Source: Lama guanicoe
Taxonomy: Eukaryota
NCBI GenBank assembly: GCA_013239625.1
Contig: MU053881.1
Span: 14,748,373 to 14,812,372, forward strand
Reading direction: 5' to 3'
DNA length: 64,000 nt
The notes under the pieces are model-generated. The model was not told where the DNA came from, ran no database searches, and saw nothing but the letters and a program-made list of their open reading frames with translations. A program made the position numbers and the translations under genes. This document shows positions 51,013 through 62,350 of the stretch, piece after piece (position 1 is the stretch's first letter; every line of letters begins with the position of its first letter).

Positions 51013-51620
51013 TTATTGATTGGTTGATTGATTGATTGATTGATTGATTGAAGTATAGTCAGTTACAATGTGTCAATTTCTGGTGTACAGCCAGAATAAT
51101 GTCCCAGTCATGTATATACATATATATATATATATGCATTTTCATATTCCTTTTCATTAAAGGTTATTATTACAAGATGTTGAATATCTTGTGCTTTACA
51201 GAAGAAATTTGTTTTTTATCTATTTTTATATACAGTAGTTAACATTTGCAAATCTCAAACTCCCAAATTTATCCCTTCCCACCCTCTTTCCCCCAGTAAC
51301 CATAAGCTTGTTTACTATGTCTATGAGTCTGTTTCTGTTTTGTAGATGAGTTCATTAGTGTCTCTTTTTTCTTTTAGATTCCACATATGATATCATATGG
51401 TATTTTTATTTCCCTTTCTGGCTTCACTTAGAATGACTATCTCCAGGTCCATCTATGTTGCTGCAAATAGCACTATTTTATTCTTTTTTTTTATCACTGA
51501 GTAGTATTCCATTGTATAAATATACCACAATTTCTTTATCCAGTCATCTGTTGATGGACATTTAAGTTGCTTCTGTGTCTTGGCTATTGTAACTAATGCT
51601 GCTATGAACATTGGGGTGCA
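51013..51620 (-). mobile_element. 5'-truncated L1 with (TCAA)n tail
   Basis: Target-site duplication tctcatacacttt at 51000 and 51621. Confidence 0.9.
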
Positions 51621-52295
51621 TCTCATACACTTTAAACCATGACTTTGGAATCATGGATTTCTTCTCGCCCCCTCCCCCCAGAGTTTGATGTCACCATGGA
51701 AAAAAGAGACTGCTCCCACTGCTTCCCTGGTCCTCTCCTATTGCTTGCCTGAGCCATTCCTGCAGCCTCCGCCCTCATTCCTTCTATCCCATCCTCCACA
51801 GCAGACTTCAGAGGGATCTTTTTAATATGCAACTCTGGCTGCAGGCCTCCCCTGCTCTCATACATTCTATGGTTCCCAATTGCCTTCAAGAGAACATTCC
51901 AACCCTTCTTCACATTTTCCAGAGCCCTTCAAACTGAGCTTTGTATCATTGCTGACTCTTTTCCAAACATAAGCTGTTCCCTTGCCTGGTTTGCTCTTCC
52001 CCATCTCTCTGTTTGGTGAGCTCCTATTCACCCTTCAGAATCCACTCAAATGGCCCCTTCTCCAGGAGCACTTCCTACCACTCAAACAGAGCCCTCACTC
52101 CTCTCTAGGGGTGTCTTTGTCCAAGGGACTTTTGGGGGGCCCTTGATATCACCTATGAAAGATGGATCACCCTGTCATCACTTATTTAATGAAAAGACCA
52201 ATACACACTCCAACATTAATGCTAGTAATCATGTAGTCAGATGTTTGAGAATCACATTCTGAGTCACTCCTTCTTGGTTTCCATGTTGGGTCCAG

Positions 52296-52395
52296 ACTGT
52301 CAAACACACAGGCATGCATCTGGCTAGCTTAGTCAAGCAGAGTTAGGACAGATGCCTCTTGGACCCCTTCTTGCAGTCCAGTCCCATCTCTGCCT
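52296..52395 (+). pseudogene. Class-4 semaphorin relic, GKGRCPFDP exon
   Basis: tccag| TVKHTGMHLASLVKQS*DRCLLDPFLQSSPISA T|GTGAGG. In-frame TAG at 52344, and phase 0/1 boundaries as in SEMA4 genes. Confidence 0.7.
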
Positions 52396-52487
52396 GTGAG
52401 GACTTTCTACATTTCTATGTGAACTTGTGAGTTCAGAGCTTTCACCTGCTGCTGCACAGCCCCCAGGCATGTCCCTCCCTTCTGCAG

Positions 52488-52596
52488 CTGGGACTAAATT
52501 CAAGTTGTGATTCTTTTAGAAGCTAGGATCCTTCTCCATTTTGTTGAGATTTGTCAACTTTTCTCCAAGGAATGTGAAAAGGCTTAAAAGTCCCAC
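52488..52596 (+). pseudogene. Possible further semaphorin relic exon (LYS...LGSEPII.R)
   Basis: Strong acceptor cccttctgcag| after a 92-nt intron. Fragments LNSS and LGSFSILLR; heavily decayed. Confidence 0.35.
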
Positions 52597-55500
52597 GTAG
52601 GGCAAGGGGATCGTTGGGACATGAAAGTAGAGAAATCAGTTCCTCTCAGGAATGTCCTGAATTTTTGAGGCTTAGTTGCTCAGCAAGACTGGTGATGATA
52701 ATTGGAAACCCGAGCATTCTTACAAGAGGCTTTATTGATTACATGGAAGGATCTTGCCTAAGACGCGGTGCTATAAGACCTTACAGCAGCCCCAGTGGGG
52801 CCTCATCTTACAGATGAGAAGTCATAGGCTCAGGGAGACCCGGGGGCAGCACATCCACATGCTGGAGTCCCAGCCTGGACTCTGCCCCACCCACTGAGGG
52901 ACATAGGACGTCACTGAGACTCAAGTCCCTTACCTGAGCAGTGGGAACCACGGTCAGACTTGGTGAGGAGATGCTGTGTGAGTCTGTACAAGGCAGCACG
53001 TATTAGGGCCTCAATCCTCATACTGCTGTTACATTACTACTTTTTTTTTTTAGTTTGTCCTTTGGTAAAATACATATAACATAAAATTTATCATCTTAAC
53101 CATTTTAAGTGCACAGTTCAGTGGCATTAAGTACATTCACAGTGTTGTGCAACCAACCCCACCATCCATCTCCAGAACTTGTTCATCTTCCCAAATTGAA
53201 ACTGTCCCCATTAAACACTAACTCCCCGCCACCTCCCACAGTCCCTGGTAAATTATCTTTCTTTCTCTATGAATATACTAGGTGCCTCAAATTAATGGAA
53301 TCATAAAGCATTTGTCCTTAAAATTTTTTTGATAGATACAGCATAAAATTTGCTATCTTAATCATTCTTCTGTTCTTTTATTTATCGGTAATGGGGATTG
53401 AACCCATGACCTTACGCATGCTAAGCACGCTCTCTGTCACTGAGCTATGCCCTCTCCCCCATCTTAACCATTTTTAAGTGTACAGTTCACAGCGTTAAGT
53501 ATATTCACTTAACTATCACTACCATCTATCTCCAGATCTCTTTTCATCATGCCAAAATGAAACTCTGTCCCCATTAAATAACTCTTTATTCCTACCTTCC
53601 TCAGCCCCTGGCACCCACCATCCTTTCTGTCTGTATGAATCTGACCCCTCTCAGTGCCTCATGTTAAGTGGAATCATGCAGTATTTGTCTTTTTGTGACT
53701 GGCTAACTTCATTCAGCGTGATGTTCTCAAGGTTCACCCATGGTGCAGAATGTGTCAAAACTTCATTCCGTTTAAAATTTTTAAAAATTATTTCTCTTTC
53801 TTTTTTTCCATGGGGGAGGTAATTAGGTTTATTAATTATTATTATTATTATTATTAATTTTTAGAGGAGGTACTGAAGATTGAACCCAGGACCTTGTGCA
53901 TGCTAAGCATGTGCTCTACCACTTGAGCTATACCCTCCCCTGTCATTCCTTTTTTTTAAATTGAGGCATAGTCAGTTTACAACGCTGTGTCAGTTTCTGG
54001 TGTACAGCATAATGCTTCAGCCATACATATATATACATATATTCGTTTTCATATTCTTTTTCATTATAGGTCACTACCAGCTATTGAATATAGTTCCCTG
54101 TGATATACCAAAGAAATTTGTTGTTTATCTGTTTTATATAACAACTTCATTCATTTTTAAGGCTAATATTCTACTGTCTAGATATCCCACATTTGTTTCC
54201 ATTCATCCATCAATGGACACTTGGGTTGCTTCCATCTTTTGTCTATTGCAAATAAAGCTGTTATGAACACAGTGTGCAAATATCTCTTCAAGTCCCTGCT
54301 GTCAGTTCTTTGGGGTAAGCACCAAGAAGTGGAATTGTTGGATCGTGTGGTGATTCTGTGTTTACTGTTTTGAGGAACCATCAGACTGTTTTTCCCAGCA
54401 GCTGCACCTTTTTACATTCCCACTAATAATACACAAAGGTTCCGATTTCTTCACATCCTCAAGAACTCATTATTTTTCCTTTGTTTTTATTATAACCATC
54501 CTAATGAGTGTGAAGCGATAGCTCACTCTGGTTTTGATTTGCATTTCTCTGCTAGCTAATGATGTTGAGCATCTTTTCATGTGCTTATTGGCCATTTGTA
54601 TATCATCTTTGAGAAAAATGTTCAAGTTCTTTGCCCATTTTTAAATTGGGTGGTTTGTCTTTTTGTCGTTCAGTTGTAGTTCTTTGTATATTTTGCATAT
54701 TAATCCCTTATCAGATATATGATTTGCAAATCTTTTCTCTCGTTCTGTGGGTTGCCTTTTCACTCTCTTGATTGTTCCCTTTTGATACACAAAAGGTTTT
54801 AATTTTTATGAATTTCATTTTATATATTTTTTCTCTTGTTGCCTGTGATTTTGGAGCCATATCCAAGGAATCATTGCCAAATCCAACGTCGTGAAGATTT
54901 TGTCCTATGTTTTCTTGTTTTTTTCCTTTTACATTCAGCTCTCTGATCTATTTTGAGTTATTTTGGGGGGGTAGGGGAAGTAATATTTATTTACTTATTT
55001 TAATAGAGTTACTGGAGAGTGAACCCAGGATCTTGTGCATGCTAAGCATGTGATCTATCACTGAGCGATACCCACCCCCATTTTGAGTTAATTTTTGTGC
55101 ATGATGTTAGGTTCCAATTTCATTCTTTTGCATGTGGAGATCCAGTTTTTCCAGAACCATTGTTGAAAAGAGTGTCTTTTCCCCCTTTGAATGATCTAGC
55201 ATCTCGGTCAAAAATCATTTGACCAAGTCGCTGAGAGACTTAACCTTTATAAGAAAAATGGTCTGTGTATTATTCCTGTCACAATAATAATCAACATTTC
55301 GGATATAAAAAGTTGTAATTTACACACACACGCAAATCGTTTGACCATGTATTTGAGCGTTTATTTCTGGGCTCTCTATTTTATTCCACTGGTCTATTTG
55401 TCTGTTTTTATGCCAGTGCTACACTATTTTGATTACTGTAGCTTTGTAGGAAGTTTCGAAATCAGGAAGTCTGAGTCCTCTAATTTTGTTCTTCTTTGTC

Positions 55501-56121
55501 CAGATTGTTTTGGCTATTTGGAGATTAAGAGTCCCTTGAGATTCCATATGAATTTTATAATAGGTTTTCCTATTTCTGCAAAAAATATCATTGCGATTCA
55601 TAGTAATATCAATGAATCTGTAGATCTCTTTGGGTAGTATTGTCATCTTAACAATATTAAGTTTTCCATGTATGAACTCAAGGTGACTTTCCATCTATTT
55701 ATGTCTTCTTTAATTTCTTTCAGCAAAATTTTGTAGTTTTCAATGTACAAGCCTTTCCCCTCCTTGGTTAAGTCTATTCCTAAGTATTTTATTCTTTTTT
55801 TAATTTTATTTTTTATTGAAGTGTAGTAGATTTACAATGTTAGTTTCAGGTGTATAGCAAAGCGATTCAGTTATACACATACATATATTTTTTCAGGTTC
55901 TTTTCCATTATAGCTTATTATAAGAAATTGAATATAGTTCCCTGCGCTTTATAGTAGGTCCAGTATTTTAGTCTTTTTGATGTTATTGTAAAAAGATTTG
56001 TTTTCTTAATTTCCTTTTTGGATTGCTCATTATTAATACATAGAAGCCACAATTGATTTTTACATGTTGATTTTGTACCCTGACTCTGCTGAATTCATTT
56101 CTTTGTTCTAACAGGCTTGCA

Positions 56122-56126
<5 letters not shown>

Positions 56127-56170
<44 letters not shown>
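56127..56170 (+). repeat. (GT)n microsatellite
   Basis: About 22 uninterrupted GT units. Confidence 0.95.
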
Positions 56171-56172
<2 letters not shown>

Positions 56173-56337
56173 TCTTTAGGGCTTTCCACATATAAGATCA
56201 TGTTGTCTGCAGACAGAGATCATTTTACTTCTACCTTTCCACCTTGGATGCTTTTTATTTCTGTTTCTTGTCTAATTGCTTTGGCTAGGACTTCCAGTAC
56301 TAACTTGAATAAAAGTGGTGAAAGCAGACATCCGTGT

Positions 56338-56698
56338 TGTTATAGGCTGAGTGTGTCTCCCTCCCAAATTCGTGTGTTGAAATCCTAACCCCCATGTGAT
56401 GCTATTAGGAGATGAGGCCTTTGGAAAGTGATCAGGTCATGAGGACAGAGCCCTCTTGAATGGGATTTACGACTTTATAATGAGACCCCAGAGAGCTCCC
56501 TCGCCCCCTTCCCACTACGTGAGGTCATGACAAGAAGCGCCCTTTGCAAGCCAGAAGAAGGTCTCCACCAGAGCCTGACCATGCTGGCACCTTGATCTCA
56601 GACTTCCAACCTTCAAAACTGTGAGAAATATGTTTGTGTTGCTTATAAGCCACCCAGGCTATGGGACTTTGTTAGAGCAGCCCATACTGACTAGGACA
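56338..56698 (+). mobile_element. MLT1/MaLR solo LTR
   Basis: TG...CA ends, cccaaattc.tgtgttgaa..cctaacccc, and gctggcaccttgatctcagacttcca..aactgtgagaaata. Confidence 0.85.
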
Positions 56699-57294
56699 CT
56701 TGTCTTGTTCCTGCTATTAAAGGAAAAGCTTTTAGTTATTCAGCATTGAATATGATGTGATCTGTGGGGTTTTCATACACGGCCTTTATCCTATTGAGGA
56801 AGTCTCCTTCTATCCCTAGTTTGTTAAATGTTTTTACCATGAAAGGGTGTCAGATTTTTGTCAAATGCTTCTTCTGCGTCAATTGAGTTCAAATGCCTTT
56901 TCTACATCAATGTGATTTTTATCCTTCATTCTGTTAAGGTGGGGTGTCACATTGATCAATTTTCATGTGTGGATTAGTCTTGCCTTCTCACAGAAATGGA
57001 AGCATCACTTCTGCAGCGCAATGTCTGTGACGTCCAGCCACGTGGTTCCAAGTTGGCAGCTGACTCCTTTTTGTGGCTGTGTAACATCCATAGCATGCCT
57101 CAAGCAGTGTCTCCATCCTTCTGTGGCTAGGCATTTTGTGTGGTTTCTGGTTGAGGTGACTAAGAATGGTGCTGCTTAGAACAATTGTGTCACCTTTCCG
57201 TGGGGCAAGTCCCAGGAGGGGTGTTGCTGGCCTGGGTGTGGTCTCCTACAAGTGAAAAGTGTTTTCTTTTTGTTTTAATATCACTTTTGGGGTG

Positions 57295-57376
57295 TTTTTT
57301 TTTTTTTTGGTTGGAGGTACTGGTAATTGAACCCAGGACCTCGTGCATGCGCTCTACCACTGAGCTATACCCACCC
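57295..57376 (-). mobile_element. Vic-1-like SINE
   Basis: ggaggtactgg..attgaacccaggacctcgtgcatg..ctctaccactgagctatac. Confidence 0.8.
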
Positions 57377-58189
57377 ACCTACCAACGAATGTTTTGATTC
57401 CAGCTTTCCTCTTATCACACCATGGTTTGTCATGTATACATTTACTTCACCAGGCTTCTTGGGTTGGGTCTTGGGGCCGCTCCCAGTTCTCCCCCAGTAT
57501 GAAAATTTCACCGTGCTGTGCATTACTGCGCCAAAGCTTCACCGCTGCTTCTTGAGGAATGACGGGGCAGGAGCATTGGAGAGTCCTTGTATCCATCTCC
57601 CCCCCAACCTCCAGAGCTCAAACTGGCCAGAGGCTGAGACCCATCTCAAGGTCAATCCCTACCAGAAGGTGCACCTGGAGTAACTGCTTCACCCCAAGAG
57701 TTCTACATGATCATTTCCCTCTAATTATAAAAAGCTCAAACAATTTCCTGATGGAGAATCAAAGAAGCAGAAAAGAAAACAAATCAAAAAAGACACAGCC
57801 TCTCCCACAGTCACTCAGTGCAAAGATAATCTCCTTTGGCACTTCATGTACTGCCTCTCAGCATTTGAAAAATGGCCTTTTATTTTTGTTCTTATCCAAG
57901 TAATGTGACTCTCCTGGAGAATAAGCAACCAACAAGATAAGCAGAAAGAAAAAAATTAACAGAAATTACCTATAATTTCCAAAATAAGAACTCTTTATAT
58001 TTTAGAGTGAAGTATTTATTTTTCTTACTATGCAACACTTCAGGTCTACTGCAGACAATTTAGAAAATACAGATAAACCAAAGGCAGAACAGTTTCTTTT
58101 CATTCCTCCACCCAGAGATGAGCTCTGTTAACTCTATGGCTTTTCATACAAAGAACAGCAAACAGTTATGAGCAAAAACTCTGGACCCA

Positions 58190-59005
58190 CAGAATGACCA
58201 TCATTAAAAAGTCCACAAATGATAAATGCTGGAGAGGATGTGGAGAAAAGAGAACTCTCCTACACTGTTGGTGGGAATGTAGTTTGGTGTAGCCATTATG
58301 AAAAGCAGTATGGAGATTCCTCAAAAAACTAAAAATAAACTTGCCATATGATCCAGCAATCCCACTCCTGGGCATATATCCAGAGGGAACATTAATTCAA
58401 AAAGATACATGCACCCCAACATTCATAGCAGCACTATTTACGATAGCCAAGATATGGAAACAACCTAAATGTCCATTGACAGATGACTGGATAACAGATG
58501 ACTAAGAAATGTGGTATATTTACACAATGGAATACTACTCAGTCATAAAAAAAGAATAAAATAATGCCATTTGCAGCAACATGGATGGACCTGGAGGTTG
58601 TCATTTCTAAGTGAAGTAAGCCAGATAGAGAAAGAAAAATATCATATGCTATCACTCATATGTAGAATCTAAAAAAATACGCAAATGAACTTAATTACAA
58701 AACAAAGACAGACTCACAGACATAGAAAACAAACTTATGGTTTCCAGGGGGAAATGAGATGGAAAGGGATAAATTGGGATTTTGAGATTTGCAGATACTA
58801 ACTACTATATATAAAATAGACAAACAACAAGTTTCTACTGCATAGCACAGAGAACTATATTCAATATCTTGTAGTAACCTATAATGGAAAAGAATATGAA
58901 AAGGAACATATGTATATGTATGACTGAAACATTATGCTGTACACCAGAAATTGACACAACATTGTAAACTGACTATATTTCAATTTTAAAAATCAAAAAA
59001 CAAAA
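58190..59005 (+). mobile_element. 5'-truncated L1
   Basis: ORF2 C-terminal and 3' UTR sequence of the same family as the 21115 and 47687 copies. Confidence 0.9.
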
Positions 59006-60426
59006 CGGAACTCAAGTTCAAGTCCCAGCTCTGCCCTCTGGCTGTGCAACTTTGGACAAGTAGCTTCATCTCTCTGGGCCTCAGTTTTCTTATCTATACG
59101 ATAAGAAGGGTGATCATCGTGCTAACTTCCAAAGGCACAGTGAAGATTGAGATAGTACCCAGAACACTTTTTTTTCTTTTCTTTTCTTTTTCTTATTGAA
59201 GTATAGTCGGTTATAATGTGTCAATTGGTGTATAGCATAATGCCCCAGTTATATATATATATATATATATCTGCTTTCATATTCAGAACTTTTTTACAAC
59301 TTGATTTTTATACTTCTTTCCTCTGCTTGCAACAATAAGATGTGCATACCACATAACAAAGATACACACAAACATACACACACACAGCGGTAGCTAATAG
59401 GAAGGGAAAGGCTGGCAGCCCCACCCAGAGGAGCCCAGCCTAAAGCAAGTTAGGGCAGGAGACCAGCTGACACCAGCCTCAGCCTGATCCCACGGGGAGC
59501 CCTGGAGCGTGAACAGCACCCCAGAGTCTGTCTAGCCCAGAGGCGAGCGAGCTGGACTGACAAAACCAAATCCATCCTCATAGAGGCTATTATTTCTCTC
59601 TATTTCAGAGAAGAGGAAATTGTGGCCCAGAATAATTCTTAAATGTGTTTCACTTTTGTTATTTTATTTTAAATACAAAAATAACATATGCTCAGTGTGA
59701 AAAATTAAAAGTTACAGAGTCCTGATGAATAAAGAGAGAACCCCCACTATACCATTTTGAGAGCAGTTTGACATACATCCTTCCAAGTAGTTTATACCTG
59801 CCAAGTATAAATATACAAATGCAGAAATTATATATATTTTTTCTTGTTTTTATAGAAGTGTGATTCTGCTTTACCTATTAATCTGGAAATTGTTTTGTTC
59901 TCACACTCTGTTGTGAATATATGTACACGTCTATACACATAGGTCTACTTCATTTTTTTCCCTTAAATGAACCACTAAACCCCCATTGACATTTTTTATA
60001 ATATTTTTCAAGTTTTTGGTGAAATGTAAAATTTTTTTCTTTTTTCTCTATTACTGCAGTAGGGTATACCCCCAGGAATGTACGTAAAGTGCATTAATTT
60101 TAGGTGTGGAGTTTGGTTAATTTGGTTAATTTTTTTATTATGGGCACACCCAGGTAACCACCACCCAAATCAACCTGGCAAGTTCCCTTGTGCCCCTCCC
60201 CAGACATCAAGTTTCAGATAACTGAATGCATTCCTCAGTAAAACTGGTGGGGAAAAAAAGAAAAAATACAGAGAGAACTGGGGTACCCTTCATCCTGTTT
60301 CTACCAGTGGGAACATCTTGCCTGATTATGGTACATTATCACAATCAGGATACAATGGATAGATTTTATTCATATTTCTCCAGTTGTACATGCCATTATG
60401 CATGTACCTCATAGAACTTTAAAGAA

Positions 60427-60450
60427 ATAATAATAATAGTAGTAGTAGTA

Positions 60451-60490
<40 letters not shown>
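60427..60490 (+). repeat. Compound (AAT)n(AGT)n(AAT)n microsatellite
   Basis: Directly visible in the sequence. Confidence 0.95.
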
Positions 60491-60492
<2 letters not shown>

Positions 60493-61007
60493 GCAGTAAT
60501 TATTTGAGTGTCAGTTACACAACAGGCCTATGCCGAGACCCAGTCCCACCACAGCTCTGCAAGCTGGGGGCCATCTCCCAGAAGAGGCGCAGAGGAAACA
60601 AAGGTGAATTTTTGTGTATGGCATGAGGTAGGGATCCAGGTTCATTTGTCCCATGTAGGTATCCAGTTGCTCCAGAGAAGTTTCTTGAAAACCCATCCAT
60701 TTCCCCAGCTCACATAGGTAACCAGTGCTGGGGCAGGAATTTCAACCCAGAAATATCTGACTCAGCCCAGAGCAGTCTCCAGGTCCCCTGGGGGCCTGTC
60801 CTAACGGCCAGCCAGCCCAGCACGCTTTGCCCTGTCAGCAAAATGGAATGGCTTTTTAGAGCATTTGCCAAAGGAAGTAGGGTGGGGAGGCACAGGCCAG
60901 CTCAAACTTGCTTCCTTCCTGCGGGGATGGCGAAACATCTCACTCTGTCTCCTGCTCCCCCGACCCTACCTTTTAAACTTTTTTTCCTTTTCCTGCTTTC
61001 TTCTGAG

Positions 61008-61169
61008 GCAAAGAAGGTGGGCATCTAGGCTGCGTGTTCAGTCCCAGTGCTGAAGGTCCAGCGTGACTACACCAAGGGGGAGTTCAAGCTCATGTCTGCA
61101 TTAGCACTTTCATCCACTGGGAGATGGGAACATAAGGCTCCCAGGCCACTCTCAGACTGGCCCGGTGAC
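61008..61169 (+). pseudogene. Class-4 semaphorin relic, SAVC...PRPG exon
   Basis: After a long pyrimidine tract: KKVGI*AACSVPVLKVQRDYTKGEFKLMSALALSSTGRWEHKAPRPLSDWPGD, versus SEMA4D [52 protein letters not shown]. Stop at 61026. Confidence 0.65.
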
Positions 61170-61851
61170 CCCCCAAGTCTCCCCAAATCAGAGAGCAGCT
61201 CCAGCAAACACCTAACACCCAAATATCTAGGAGTCTCCCTAGATTCTTCTCCTCCCTCAGCCTCTAGAACATTCCTCCTCTTGGCCTAATTCTCCCCCTG
61301 CTCAGGCAGGCCATCTCTTCCCCTAGCAGGTCTTGGGTTAGTCAGGGAGCCAGGAGGCCTGGGGGCCAAAGCTGATGCTGAATGGAGCCATGGGTACCCT
61401 CCATGCCTCCTTTGGGCTCTTTGTAGAGCTCCGTATGCTTCTCTCTGCCTTCCCTCCTCCCGCCCCAGGTTTATGTGTCATCTCTCTGGCCCCCACTGTC
61501 CTAACTGAACCCTGAAGTTGGACACTAGATGGGGAATTGGGGCTTTGGAGTCATCATCCCATCTCATCCCAGTGAGGGAACATCCACGGGAGCCTGCGCT
61601 TCACGGCAGCCCAGAAGGGGAAACTGAGGTCCAGAAAGGCCTCCCTATTTGCCCAGCCTTGAGAAGGGCACTGAGGCAGGGGTCTTCCAAGTGATACGTC
61701 TCTGGGCCTCTCCAGTACAGGCTATGGATGACACCAGGGGGCAGAGGCTCAGGGAAATTACTTTGCCCGCAAAGGCACAGAGCAAGGAGCCGAGTTCCTC
61801 CTGAGCCAAGGGGGGCCCAGGCTGGCTCTGCTCCCTGTCATGTTTCTATTC

Positions 61852-62167
61852 AGATCCAGAAAAAAAATGGTGTCTTTGCTGGGATTCTTTTGTACTTTAA
61901 TATGTTAATTAGGGGGAATTGACATCGTTAAGAGGCTGAGTTGTCCTGTCCAAGAACAAGGGCTGTCTTTCCTTTGGCCCAAGTATATTTTGTGTGTTTT
62001 CAGTTTCTCACACCAGCCACAGCTCCAACGGCTTGGGCTGCTGGACTCGGTGGCACGGAGAGGCCTTACTGCCACCACATTCACGCAGCTTTGCTGCAGG
62101 ACATGAGGCAGGAGGTGCTGCAAGTGACACACCTTTCTCCATCTCATAGCTGGAGTGTGGGAGGAAC
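61852..62167 (+). repeat. About 315-bp dispersed duplicate, copy 2
   Basis: Aligns end to end with 29868-30183. Confidence 0.95.
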
Positions 62168-62179
62168 CACAGAGTCACT

Positions 62180-62350
62180 GTACTAGGTAATATATGTAGT
62201 CCAGAGATGACTTAAAGTATGCAGGAGGATATGTGTAGCTTATATGCAAACACTACACCATTTTATATAAGGGACTTGAGCATCAGCTGATTTTGGTATC
62301 CAAGGGGAGTCCTGGAACCAATCTCCCATGGATATTGAGGGATGACTATA
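62180..62350. mobile_element. MER2-like (Tigger) DNA transposon fragment
   Basis: ttatatgcaaacactacaccattttatataagggacttgagcatc...ctggaaccaatc.cccatggata.tgagggatgact. Confidence 0.8.

Larger units (their letters stand above)
53045..56975 (-). mobile_element. Long decayed L1 (ORF2 3' half and UTR) with nested SINEs (about 53375-53460, 53770-53940, 54962-55079), L1 tails and an LTR
   Basis: Minus-strand ORF2 remnants ([26 protein letters not shown]) and three Vic-1-like heads. Confidence 0.85.

Noticed and set aside
57585..57700. CIHLPPNLQSSNWP..LKVNP vaguely like Sema CI...SSL.LPD...KDHP
   Set aside because: Out of order relative to the 61008 exon, and no splice sites.
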